Shown here piece by piece: positions 51,626 through 63,795 of a stretch of DNA of 64,000 nucleotides. The notes under the pieces are model-generated. The model was given only the letters and a program-made list of their open reading frames with translations. It did not search any database and was not told where the DNA came from. A program made the translations under genes and the position numbers. Position 1 is the first letter of the stretch; each line of letters starts with the position of its first letter. Source of the DNA: Felis catus (lineage: Eukaryota); assembly GCF_018350175.1 (NCBI RefSeq), contig NC_058368.1, positions 43,526,001 through 43,590,000 on the forward strand, in the 5' to 3' direction.

Positions 51626-52159
51626 CTTTCAAGACATAATTTCACCAAATACACGTGTCAGCTCCAAGATATTGGTTGGCATTGTGAGGGAGCAAGGATT
51701 TTCAGTTTGCTCCACTAACAGAGGCACAGGCTAATTCTGCCACAACCTCTGACATTACTGCTTCTGAAAGAAAGGTGCCTCTCCCTGTACTTCACCACAC
51801 TTCCTAAAGGGAAATTCTTAAACACCTTTCTTGTGAATATTCTACACATACACCTTGAACAGGTGCATCTGACTGACAATTGTCACATTTCTGAATGTGA
51901 AGCCTCAAGGAAAGCTGGAAGAGTGTGTTTTCACCTCCTAACTTGAGGAAGCAGAACAAAATGTGACAAATGAAAGGTGATGGTTTTCCAAAAACATAAA
52001 CAGTGACCACTAATGTTCACTATTTGGCTTTAAAATAAGACATCCATCATTTTTCTTTTGCACTTAAACTTTAAAGAAAAAGAAATACTAATCAGTTTCC
52101 AAGCAAAAATAGCAACAAAATAATTACAACAACAAAAAATGAACCAGGCTAAAAATATA

Positions 52160-52164
<5 letters not shown>

Positions 52165-52256
<92 letters not shown>
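52165..52256. repeat. Compound (TA)n(CA)n microsatellite
   Basis: Direct read. Confidence 0.97.
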
Positions 52257-52258
<2 letters not shown>

Positions 52259-52309
52259 TTAAATTTAAAATTTAATGCCCCCTTAGGACTCCTTTTTCTA
52301 TTCTTACAG

Positions 52310-52490
52310 GCAGAGAAGTGGCACTAGTAAAACAACCTTCGGGGTCATGTGCTGGTGACAATGGCCTCCCTGTCAGCCCTGGACTACTTAGCCTGGACTA
52401 TTCTGGGCAAGAGAAATCAGCTTTTACTTTTTGAAAAGCCATTGTAGGTTGGTTTCTTTTTATTAACACAGAATAGCCCATACCCTGATG
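52310..52490 (+). mobile_element. Old MLT1 LTR 3' part, possibly followed by MaLR internal sequence
   Basis: CAGCCCTGGACTACTTAGCCTGGACT...GAGAAATCAGC...AAGCCATTGTA. Confidence 0.5.
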
Positions 52491-52771
52491 TTTGTTTCGT
52501 ATTGATATAACTGATATCCTAAAATGTATAGCATTTAGTTAGTTGTTTGAACAACATGTGGCAAAGAAGGAGATACCACAGGCTGAAAACACAGTAAATA
52601 AAAGGGGGAACTTTGCAATTTAGAATTAAGCCCAGAAAGTGTCTTTGAGTATTAATACTTTCACATGAGCGGTTGAAAACAAATGAGTCCAGATTAATGG
52701 ACTTTGAGGAAATTGCATTACCAATGAAACCTCAAAAATGTATAACAGAAGTCTGGGATTGTTTAATTCTT

Positions 52772-52987
52772 TTTTTTTTTAATTTTTTAACGTTTATTTT
52801 TGAGACAGGGAGAGACAGAGCATGAATGGGGGAGGGTCAGAGAGAGAGGGAGACACAGAATCTGAAACAGGCTCCAGGCTCTGAGCTGTGAGCACAGAGC
52901 CTGACGTGGGACTCGAACTCACAGACCACGAGATCATGACCTGAGCCGAAGTCGGACGCTTAACTGACTGAGCCACCCAGGCGCCCC
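52772..52987 (-). mobile_element. CanSINE (felid type)
   Basis: TSD TGGGATT(GT/AC)TTAATTCTT; several CpGs retained. Confidence 0.96.
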
Positions 52988-54362
52988 ATGGGATTACTTA
53001 ATTCTTAAAGTAAGCTGTGGTACCCTTATTCTGCAGTGGCAGCAATGTCGTGAAAAGGCTAAGAATTCCCAGAAAAGCATACTGCCTGACATTCTCTTTA
53101 GATAGGATCATGAGGGATAAAAGATAAGGAAGACTCAAAGGGAGAGCAAATCCAAGGACCATAGATGATGAGACATAGGAATTATTATAAAACAGCTGCA
53201 TGAGCAGCCCCAAATGGGCCACCAAAGAACAACTCTACTGCTAGTCAAGTCCACCCTTAGACCTAGTCACAGAAGGGCATTGCCCTGACACCATGGTCTT
53301 CAGAAGCCCTATGTATCTCAAAATACATATACCAGAAAAGTACCAAAGAATTCATGGGTACCCATATAACTCAAGGTGCTGCACTTAAGTAAACTGTACC
53401 TGCACCAAAATACTTTGAACTTTTGTGGATGTTACTGTCACTAGAGGACACTGATTATGTGAGCAGGGAGGAAGTGAAGAGTGAAAGCACATAAGTTAAA
53501 ATAAACCAAATTAAGGTTATTTTCATATCCTTTCAGACAGTAAGAATTCAAGAATCTTTGTAAAAACATGTGATTTCTGGATAGTGCCAACATTTTTTTC
53601 AGTTTTTTATTTATTTGTGTATTCTACTGCATGTTCCTGGAATTGCTTGCAAATTAAGGCAGTATTTCCAGCAGGTTTACATGGTAGCTATGGTATATTT
53701 TACAATATGAAACAATTCACATTATTTCAGTTTATATGTATATAAATTGAATTGAATTGGATGCATATACACACACTCATGTTTATATATACATTACACA
53801 TACATTACATACATATACATACATTGTATCCATGAGGTGTGATAATATTTTGTTTTCATTTTGAAACTTCATGGACGATAAAAGCAGAGCATATAGTTTT
53901 GTGTTGGTGTGAGGAGACATGATTTCAAAAGCTCTGATAGCAGTCACACTGGGCTAAATCAAAGAATAAATATTATATTTTTTAGATCTCTCCAAAATTG
54001 AACATCTTTTTGATGTTGTATTGCATTTGACATTAAAGTTATTCAAGACCAAATTTAGGAATGCCAACTAAATGCAATTAAAATAATTAGATTTAATTTA
54101 GACTATTTGAAAATTGGCAGATACAAAAATTAATTTTGAATATGCTCTTCAGTTATTCTACATGAACTGTTGATTATTATAACTATTACTAGCAATAATT
54201 TATAAAATAGATCTAGGCTTGGCTACTTCAAAATACTCTAACAATTTAGAAAAAAATGCTTAATTAAGCTGAAAGTGGAAGCTAAATATGCAGTAAAAGT
54301 GACATCTCAATAAAATATAGGGAACTTAGAACAAGGAAATGATGTGTATTGCATGAAAGAAT

Positions 54363-54488
54363 ACATATGCAACATAATGTACATACATTATAACATATAC
54401 TGTATATAACATATAACTGTATATGTTATAATGTATGTACATTATGTTGCATATGTTATAATGTATATACATTATGTTGTATATGTAT
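54363..54488. repeat. AT-rich inverted repeat (38-bp perfect arms) plus 30-bp tandem duplication
   Basis: 54363-54400 is the exact reverse complement of 54419-54456; 54421-54450 is repeated at 54451-54480. Confidence 0.95.
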
Positions 54489-54688
54489 GTTTATACATAT
54501 AAACTAAATTAAAATCTGTGAAGATTATTTGTAGGGGCCACTATAGTTTGCAATGTAGTCTTAACTGAAGAGAGTATTAAACAAATTAAGCAATGCATTA
54601 TTCTAATTTTTAAAATAATATGTCAGTAGTGAACATTTTGAAAGAAAAAGAGCATAAGAAATATTTTTTGGCTCTGGATGCTCATTTA

Positions 54689-54819
54689 AGAGTTATAAAA
54701 ATGATCAGGATAAAACTAATAGCAATTTGACAGACTTAGAAGGTAAGGTTATAAAAATAGAAGATAGAGTTATAAAAATGATCAGGATATAACTAATAGT
54801 AATATGACAGACTTAGAAG
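54689..54819 (+). repeat. 54-bp direct duplication with 23-bp spacer
   Basis: 54689-54742 vs 54766-54819, 3 mismatches. Confidence 0.95.
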
Positions 54820-55216
54820 ATTTCTGTAAAATGTTCAACAATGATAAGAAAAAATATAAATATCATATGGAAAATTCATAGTTGATTTCTGAATCTAAAT
54901 ATTGTTCTACCAGTTTATTAATAATTTTATTGGCTACTGACTCAGCAGGGGGACCTTATTTCCAAATTACATTTAATTAAAAAACTACAGACTATAATGA
55001 TTTAAGAATAGTTGCCTAACAAAGCATAGTATCAAAGGAACATAATTTATGATATGTGATTATTCATCCAGATATTTATGGGTAATTAGCAGAACACTCA
55101 AACAAGTATAATAATACTTACATTTTGTAGTTTTTAAAAGATTTAGCTAACTTTAAATTTTTATAAAGGCAATAATTTGCATTTTTAAAAATTTTCTTGT
55201 TAAGAAGGTATAGTTT

Positions 55217-55390
55217 GGGGATGCCTGTATGGTCCAGTCAGTTAAGCAGTGTCGGACTCTTGATTTCAGCTCAGGTCATGATCTTCCGGTTCCCCAGATA
55301 GAGCCCCAGGTGGGGTTTTGCTTAAAAACATGGAGCCTGCTTGGGATTCTTTCTGTCTCTGCCTCTCCACTGCTCTCTTAGACTGGCGCG

Positions 55391-55433
<43 letters not shown>

Positions 55434-55452
55434 TAAATAAACTCAAACAAAA
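55217..55452 (+). mobile_element. CanSINE
   Basis: TSD AAGAA(G/A)GTATAGTTTG; (CT)n. Confidence 0.93.
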
Positions 55453-56049
55453 AAGAAAGTATAGTTTGTCAAGTTAGAACCACAAAATATATTTTATTTA
55501 GTAGTTAGCACTATATATAGTTTTTAAATAATTAGATATATTGTAGGTGGTCGTCGTTTTGTATGTTTGTTCCAGATCTCACAAATTTTAAGGGCGAACT
55601 CTCGCCATTTCAGGTCGTATTCAAAATTCCTGACCAGCAACATTTACAACTGCTATCAATACCTGACTGTTGTGTGTCTAAATGCTTTGTATTATCTCTT
55701 TCACAGAAGGAATGAGTGCGCTCAAAGTGGAGGAAACACGGAATTTGGTGGAAACTGTTAACCACTTTCTAGTATCCGTAGTTCAGTTTTGCCTATTAGA
55801 ATAGAATCCCTCATCTTTTGTCTGCCCATAACTTGCTCAGCAAGAGTTTCATTCTCTTGGACCCTGGCTAAATATGAGTGAGTGAATGCAACAGTATTCT
55901 TACAGAATCTTGTTCTAGGCTTTATTCTTCTTTACCTTACTGTAGATAAATATTTGAGTGGTTTGCTGAGATATGGTGATGTCTAGAGAAAGTACAGAAT
56001 TCTTGTGATGAGCAAGAGAGCTGCTCTGTCAGCCATGGACTGCCTCCCT

Positions 56050-56216
56050 CTAGTTAAACTATAGTCTACAGACTGTTTTTGTAAACGAGGTGTTATTGGA
56101 ACACAGCCATGCTCATTCATTTAGTTATCTACTGCCACTTTTAAGCTCCAACAGTAAAATTGAGTAGCAATAACAGAGACCATATGGCCTTTATTGAAAA
56201 ATCTTTCTGGGTTCTG
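56050..56216 (+). mobile_element. MER58A-like hAT-Charlie MITE
   Basis: CTGTTTTTGTAAAC...TTATTGGAACACAGCCATGCTCATTCATTTA...TTGAGTAG...ACAGAGACCATATGGCC. Confidence 0.85.
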
Positions 56217-56710
56217 CACTACATTATTAAATGAAAGGATATGCATTTTATACAAACCATTATAATTTGAGTATCATCGTCTAACAGATTAGCATTTATC
56301 CAAACTAATATAATCTCTGCAACTGAAAAAAAAAAAACAATTCTTAACTGTATGTAAGGGAACAGTTTTTCCCCCAAAAGCACATAAATGAAAGATAACT
56401 CAATTTAAAGTTTAAACTAATCCATGAAGGCAAAAAGTGTGGTTACCATGAAGGCTAACCATGCAGTAGGTGTCAATTGTTGCCAGAAAATGACATTTAA
56501 TAGCTGTTGTAATTCTGGATCTCAGCACTGTGAAAAAATGTTCTCATGAAATTTAAGTTAATCAATTAAATGACAATGAAAGTCAATTGAATTCAAGCTT
56601 TGAAATATTCCAAGAGTGGAATATTGCCTAATGTGGAAGCCAAGTCAAAGCAAAACAAACACCAGTAGGAACAATGTATGATTAGTAAATAGTGTATTAT
56701 GTTACCATTA

Positions 56711-56712
<2 letters not shown>

Positions 56713-56747
<35 letters not shown>

Positions 56748-56756
56748 AAAAGAAAA
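56713..56756. repeat. Poly(A) tract (33 A plus GAAAA units)
   Basis: Direct read. Confidence 0.95.
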
Positions 56757-57470
56757 CCTGTGTAATATAAATCCTTTAAAGAAAAAGGAACTTGCTGTAG
56801 AATACTTTAGTGTATTTCTACTTAACGGTTTTTGTGAGCTATATGACAGAAAGGTTAGCTCTCACTAATAGTTTTTGTTATGCTCCAAATTGTAGTTTAT
56901 ATTATGTGACCTAACTGATTTGAAAGCCTCATCAAGTACTTAATTCTCAGTTTTCAATCCCAACTAGAAATTTACTGTAAGATAAATATATTCATGCTAA
57001 TTGAATCATAAATGCAAGCATCCATTGATTTAACGAAGATTTAAATTATTTCTAGAAACAATTGTTTGTTAAAATAAATTGTGACCTATAAATGTTTACA
57101 CCTCTTTCAATGCCTGTGTATTAAAGAAAGAAATTATCTTGAAGTGTGTGTGGGTTTTTTTTAGGTTTGTTTGTTTTCCTTATCAAAATTAAACAGACTG
57201 GTGGAAGCTGGAATAAATGCTGGGGAGAGATTTAGGTGACACAGAGGATAAGGCTTATGGTAGGAGCAGCACCACAGATGACTGAGACGTGACGACATCT
57301 CTGTCCTGCCTGTGAAGCTCATCAGCACTAGAGACTGAGCGGACCCACAGAATTTAATTTCAAGGAGGAAGACAAGAAGTTTTTGTTTTTGTTTTTGTTT
57401 GGAAGACCATAATTTGAAGGAATTGACCTTTGATTCACTCAGTTCTCAGGAGAAAAGTAGGAAAAGGATG

Positions 57471-57807
57471 TGTCTTACTCTGTTCAGACCGTTATTACAA
57501 AATGCCACAGACTGGAGGTTTAAAAAAACAGAAATTTATTTCTCACAGTTTTGGAGTCTGGAAGTCCGAGATCCAGGTGCTAACATGGTCATGTAGGGCA
57601 CTCCTGTGGGTCACAGAGTTTTTGAGGTGTCCTCACATGACTGACGGGTCAAGAGAGGTCTGTAGGGTCTCTTTTATTATCACATTAATCCCATTCATGA
57701 GGGGACTTAATCATTTCCCAATGGCCCTGTCTCCTAATTACCATCATAAAGGGCATCAGGATTTCAAGTATGAATTTTGAGGAAACACAAAAGTTCAGAC
57801 CATAGCA
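57471..57807 (-). mobile_element. MLT1A-type MaLR solo LTR
   Basis: TGTCTTAC...ACAGAAATTTATTTCTCACAGTTTTGGAG...GTTCAGACCATAGCA; 5-bp TSD GGATG/GGGTG. Confidence 0.92.
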
Positions 57808-59260
57808 GGGTGTAAATATGAAGCCCATGTTCCAGATGCAGTATATTACCTGGAAATACAAGTCAAAAGCCATACATGGACAGCAGTGTTTCTCAGCAGC
57901 CATAGTAACAACAGGGGGATGCACTTACTGGCACTGAAGGCTTACATGAAGCCTGAGCTACTTGCTCCATTGCAAACAGATGACATCATTCCAAAAAGCA
58001 GGAACTCCCTCAGAGCAATCCTACAGCAAGTACCTAATTGGAATCCTCAGGTCATTTGTTATATGTACCTTAACGAATTATATTTTTAAAAAGATTCAAA
58101 GAAACTGGCTTAGATATATAATCAAATAGACAGATAATCATTGGGAGTTCCTGCTCTCTTAAAATTAAATCCATTGCAGAGTGATGCAGACAGCAGCCAC
58201 TCAAAAGTTTCCATATGTTCTAGTAGAGATGTTGTATCTTCTCATTCTCAGAAGTGGATTTTGAACTTCCATTTAATGGGTATTTTAATGAATAAAAAGC
58301 TTGATATGTTTCCTGACAAATACAGCACAGCTGTATTACGTGGTCATTTGAATCTCACCAACAACAAATCTGCCACAGTCTGTGCACTGGCTCCTACGGC
58401 TGCTGCCATCTTCACCCAGGCCACCTCTGCCTTCAGCCTACCTGCCCACTGGACATCTTTCTAAAATTATAAGTTGTCACTTTAATTTGCCTGGCTCTCC
58501 ACAGAGCCACGGAACACAAAATCCTACCTGTTGACAGTTTTCATCAAAATGGTATCATCTATAAGGACCAGCAAGACATAAGTCTAGGACTCCCCTGAAA
58601 CTTCATCGATACTTTGGTTAACTTCTTCAGAAGTGTCCAAAGCCTTTATAAGAAAATCATTTGCTATCACTCACATGAGTTATAAAAGGAAAGTTTTTAA
58701 AAATAGGGAAAAAGACCAAGTAAAGTACTATGATTTTGAGATTGTTGAGGAAAAGGGGAAGGTGTTAAAAAGGAGAGGTGACTGCCGAGCTAAATAACTA
58801 CAGTCAGAATTTGAGTGAAGGAGTTAAGGAGGGTTGTGCTGCTTCTACAGAGCCTTCATCAAAAGTTGAACTCTCAGATTATTTGATAAAATGTACTGAT
58901 ATTGTCTCTCATAATCAACATCAGAATTACAACATAGACTCCAGTGCTCAGTTTAGTGAGTATAGGACCTTGCATGCCAGGACAGGGGCTGTGGCTAGAT
59001 TTATTAAACTGGATGCACCAGGGAAACACTTTTCTCCAATATCAGAATGTTCATGAAGAAGTCTTATAAACACACCAAAGAACAAGCAGTTTAGTCATAG
59101 TTATGATAAAGAAAAAGTATCTTCCATAACAGGGTGGCTCATATTAAAAGACAGATTAACTTCACCAAATGGTAAGCAGGTCATAGCAGTAGAACTCTTC
59201 TTGTATTGGAAGGTGTGTGTGTGTGGGGGGGGAAGATGTAAATAATTTTAAGCTTATTTA
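57808..59260 (+). pseudogene. ELL2: ELL2 (RNA polymerase II elongation factor ELL2) processed pseudogene, 5'-truncated
   Basis: Collinear intronless fragments match recalled ELL2: HLLALKAYMKPELLAPLQ...NSLRAILQQV (57886-58089); KLNPLQ...CSSRDVVSS...LMNKK...GHLN (58141-58464); LPVDSFHQNGIIYKDQQD (~58520-58580); REKDQVK; GVKEGCAASTEPSS..ELSDYLIK...EYRTLHAR...ARFIKLDA (58778-59056, occludin/ELL domain); HNRVAHIKRQI (~59125-59157); probable stop TAG 59190-59192; many stops and frameshifts. Confidence 0.93.
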
Positions 59261-59280
59261 ATATTAAAAAGAAGCAACAT

Positions 59281-59497
59281 GGGGCGTCTGGGTGGCTCAG
59301 TTGGTTAAGCATCTGACTTCAGCTCAGGTCATGAACTCGCGGTTCATGAGTTCAAGCCCCGCGTCGGGCTCTGTGCTGGCAGCTCAGAGCCTGGATCCTG
59401 CTTCGGATTCTGCCTGCCCCCTCTCTCTGTTCCTCACCTGCTCACATTCTGTCTGTCTTTTTCTCAAAAATAAATAAAGATTAAAAATATTAAAAAA
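59281..59497 (+). mobile_element. CanSINE
   Basis: GGGGCGTCTGGGTGGCTCAG head; TSD AAA(G/T)AAGCAACA. Confidence 0.95.
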
Positions 59498-60159
59498 ATA
59501 AGCAACAAACAAAATTAAACAAATTCATGTGTTTCAAGATATTATCTTATAAATGTGTTTCCAGAAGTATCTTTTTATGTATTAGTATCTTTTTTTAATT
59601 ATTTTAAAAAAATATATCAACTGATCCCACTGTTACAGCTGAAGAGTTGAGACAGAGCATCACAGAGACATCCATATAAAATGAACAAAATAAGCTACAC
59701 TGAGATAAACACTTCAGAGATTAGTCAAAAAGGATTCTAAGAAAATATTCAATTAAAAATAGCATATGTCACATACATAAAACATGAATTCTTCACTAAG
59801 AACATAGTATAATAAGTTTATATCAGGGAGGAATGCATCGATTTCTATTTTATTTCTATATATAAGTGTAATTTTTTTCTCAAATTATTACTTTTAGACT
59901 GAATCATAAATAGATTGACAATATCCTGGCAGCATTAAAAAAATAAGTAACTGATAATTTGAATTAGCTATTAATGCTGGCATGACAATATTATAAGAAC
60001 CTTATTTCTATTATCAGAGCCTTTGCAAGTATAACTTTTTTTCCATCTTTCTGAAATGATCTTTGTCTAATCTAAATTATTTTATCATTAATCTTAGTGA
60101 GATCTAGGATCTTTAGCTTGTATGTGCCTTCTTTTTGTAGGTTCTTCATTGTGGTCTGT

Positions 60160-60385
60160 TTGTTTGTTTGTTTGTTTGTTTATTTATTTATTTATTTATT
60201 TATTTATTGAGAGAGCGAGCACATGAGCAAGGGAGGGGCCGAGGGAGAGGGAGACAGAGACTCCCGAGCAGGCTCCACACTGTCAGCACAGAGCCCGATG
60301 TGGGGCTCAGACTCAGAAACCTTGAGATCATGACCTGAGCCAAAATCAAGAGTCAGACACAACTGACTGAGCCATCCAGGCACCC
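60160..60385 (-). mobile_element. CanSINE with (GTTT)n(ATTT)n tail
   Basis: GCAGGCTCCACACTGTCAGCACAGAGCCC...GAGCCATCCAGGCACCC. Confidence 0.95.
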
Positions 60386-62018
60386 TTATAGTAGTATGTT
60401 CTGTTCCACCAAACACCTAGAACTCTTTATTTAATTTTTAGCTTTTCCACAAGACGCTATTCTCAGTGAGGGACATGTCTATTGTACTCAAAGCCTAGGA
60501 ATATGGGATAAATCACAGGAATGTTGCCCTTGCGGAAGACATGAATGAAAGTCATAATACTTTCCAATTTACAATATTGAACATTTCAATAGTATATAAT
60601 TATAAATATATTAATATATATGGTATATATAATTGTATATAATTATATATATTTTATATATATACTACTTTTTAAAAATCTACATTGCTTTGGGAAATTA
60701 ATTCCTGCTTCCTGCCTTGAAATTTTATAAGAATCATTGAGCCATTCTTTTGATAAAGGGAGTTTTGGAATTGGATATATTTTTGTAGGAAATGATCTTT
60801 CCTACACTTAGGACACTTTAACCAATTTCTGAGAGCAGCACAGAAGTCTTTTTCCTAGCTATAAAAAAGAAAAAGAAGAAATATTAATGAAATATGTTCA
60901 TGCAGTAGGTTACTACTGAACAATGCTGCATATTAACACAGAGCTATTTGTATAGTTAAGAAAACTAAAGGATTATTAAATGATATAGTACTTGGTGAAG
61001 TTCAAAATATAGATATTTTGAAAAATGGAAATCTAATATAAATAGATTAGAACAAGATGTCTTGTATATGTGGTATAGCTTCATTATATGCATAGCAAAA
61101 TAGCCTTGGGTGAGAAGGAACTTAAGATTTTTTCTGACTTCATGAGAGAAGAAACTGGAAAATAGTGTCACATATAATTTGTGGTTTTCAACTCCCTAAA
61201 AGTTGGAACAGAATTTACCTTTGACGTGGTCTTTATCTTTGTTCTTGAGGTGGGGGAGAGCTGGTTGGCTTTTATTAATGTAAAAATAAAACTAAAAAAA
61301 TCATTGTTAATGAAAAGTTTGCCTGAATAAATTATTTTTCTGCATAAAATTATAAAAGATTATAATAATTATAGGCTGTTTCATTTTAAGTTTATTTATA
61401 AATATTTATTTTAAAATATGAATTAAAACAATATTGCTCCTGTGTGTATTTTTTTCCATAATTCAGACAGATTTTCACAGACCAAAAACACAGACCCATG
61501 AATGATTAAAGTGAGATCTGAAAGGTTTTTTGTTTTTGTTTTTTACTTTTACTGAAGAAGAGATGGAAAATGAGATAAAGTGAGCTGGATGCAGCTGAAA
61601 GGAGACATGATTTACATCTCCCATGGCGGGTGCTATTTTAAATGAAGTAATCCAGACCTTGGAGCACACTGAAAGTGCTTTATAATGTTCTTAAGAGAGT
61701 GTGAAACCACACTCTTCAGCAAAGAGGGAAAGATCTCTCCCATGCTGGGCACAGGATAGAAAATGAAAGGCATTTCCATCTCCCCCAAATTCAGTGAAGG
61801 ATAACCTCATGTGGCTCACAAAGGTGATCTATAGCACAGGCAGAAGCACAGGCAGAATCAGGGTTCAGAAGAGTCTCAGAGCCCAGGAACTCTATGTTAC
61901 TGTTCTGAGCAAACATAAGCTAAAACGCAGCGTCATTTTCTTAAAAACCTTAGAAACACACAAAGAGACATAATTTTCCAGTAATTAAGTGATGTGTCCC
62001 TGAGAATTAAAAATTATA

Positions 62019-62250
62019 GCGGCTCCTGGGTGGCTCAGTTGGTTAAGCATCTGACTTCAGCTCAGGTCATGATCTCCCGGCTGGTGAGTTCAAGCCCCAT
62101 GTCCACGGGCTCTGTGCTGACAGCTCAGAGCCTGGAGCCTGCTTCAGATTCTGTGTCTCCCTCTCTTTCTGTCCCTTCCCCCTAGCTCTCAGTCTCTCTC
62201 TCTCTCTCTCCCCCCTCTCAAAAATAAATACATCTTAAATTTAAAAAAAA
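62019..62250 (+). mobile_element. CanSINE
   Basis: TSD AATTAAAAA(A)TTATA. Confidence 0.95.
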
Positions 62251-62485
62251 ATTAAAAAATTATATTGCAATGTGACCTTAATTTACTCACAAGACTAGTA
62301 ACCGAGACATTTATGGTTGTGTTTCACACACAGTGCTTCATATTGGTATTATCCCTTTTCATTGTAGGGACTTACTTTGGTTTTGCACTTAACTTCCAGA
62401 AATAGTTTAGAAATTGAGGTCATTAGTAGTGACAGAAATAAAAACAACTGAGTTTCATAATGGCATAGGGAAAATCTGTACGAAT

Positions 62486-62669
62486 CAGGATTGCCAGATA
62501 AAATACAGGATGCCAGGTAAGAACTTTTGTTGTTGTTGTTGTTGTTAATATGTCTTCCAAAATATTGCATGGGGTGTACAATACTTAAGTGAAAAATTTT
62601 TGTTCTTTATCTGAAATTAAAATATAAGTGGGAATCATGTATTTTTATTTACTACATGTTGCAACCCTA
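62486..62669. mobile_element. MER53 palindromic hAT MITE
   Basis: AGGATTGCCAGATAAAATACAGGATGCC ... TTTATCTGAAATT...TGTATTTTTATTT...GCAACCCTA. Confidence 0.9.
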
Positions 62670-63042
62670 ACAAGAACGCCTAAGAAATACATTCCAATTA
62701 GTGGAAGGCAGTGTTTCCCAAATGTTTTCACACCATAACCTACAAAATATATGTCCAGCATATGTTGGCAAATGGAGAGAGTGCTTGTGTGGTAGATGTA
62801 GTGAGCTGGGGGACTCCAAACTATTTCAGGCTCCAGGCACATCAGTGACATATCATGGCTCACTGTACACAGGTGAGTGAGTCTACTCTCATGAATGCAG
62901 AATGCGTTACTGAGGGAAAGATATCTGACTTGTTTTACATACATATATGACTTCTGTTCCATTCACAAATGTCAGTTCCTAAGAACTCCAAGAGTCCTAC
63001 ATATTTTCAAATATTTTCTTTCCTCACCTCATGAGAAACATA

Positions 63043-63280
63043 GAGAGGCATTTTGATAAAGAAAGTTAAATATTTGTAATCAAATAGACCTAAGTTTGAA
63101 TTTTAGTTCTTCCACCTACCAAATAACTCTGTGACATGGGAAAAATACATATAACCATACTGGTCTGTTTCCGTATCTATAAAATGTACATAAAGTTGCC
63201 TAAAGTAGGATTAGTGTCAAAATATATGTAAAATCAGTTGTGTAATACCTGATAAGTCACTCATAATTGAAAGGTATTTT
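63043..63280 (+). mobile_element. MIR
   Basis: AGACCTAAGTTTGAATTTTAGTTCT...CTGTGACATGGG...GTTTCCGTATCTATAAAATG. Confidence 0.7.
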
Positions 63281-63660
63281 TACTAAATACCATGAAACGA
63301 CTTTCTGTTCAGCTTCTTTAAAGATTTTTTGCCAGCATACAGTGATTCCATTCCTGGTGTTGGGCAATGGCAATAAATTAGAACTCTCAGTTTAGATAAA
63401 TGCATTCTTACAAATTTCCTGAAGAATATAGGTCCTCTAAGGTCTTCACTGAAAGCAATTTTTCAAATCTACCTCTTTGGGCAATATTATTACCACTGTC
63501 TTTCTTGGAGTTACTATTACTTAAGGCACTTCATGGTAATGACATTTACTTTCAGTGAGAGCTGGTTTAGAAGCAGCTTGTTCAATATAAATTCACAAAT
63601 GATTCTGCAGATCTCGTATGTTACTTAAACAGTATTCTTTGTATGAGGACCAAAGGGAGA

Positions 63661-63702
63661 TTATCTATCTATCTATCTATCCCATCTGTGTGTGTGTGTG
63701 TA

Positions 63703-63733
<31 letters not shown>

Positions 63734-63795
63734 ATCATCTATCTATCTATCTATCATCTATATCTGTCTATCATCTATCTATCCACCCACCTATT
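63661..63795. repeat. Compound (TATC)n(TG)n(TATC)n microsatellite
   Basis: Direct read. Confidence 0.95.

Noticed and set aside
54689..54819. CRISPR-like repeat-spacer-repeat
   Set aside because: Mammalian DNA, only two copies, spacer derived from the repeat, no cas genes
56713..56756. Retroposon poly(A) tail
   Set aside because: No recognisable upstream element body or TSD; kept as a simple repeat
57886..59056. Functional ELL2 retrogene
   Set aside because: N-terminal part missing, frame broken into several pieces by stops and frameshifts, conserved residues decayed
8480..62185. Recurrent short ORFs like MAQSVK...AQVMIS...SVLTAQSLEPASDSVSPSLS as a peptide family
   Set aside because: All are translations of CanSINE copies
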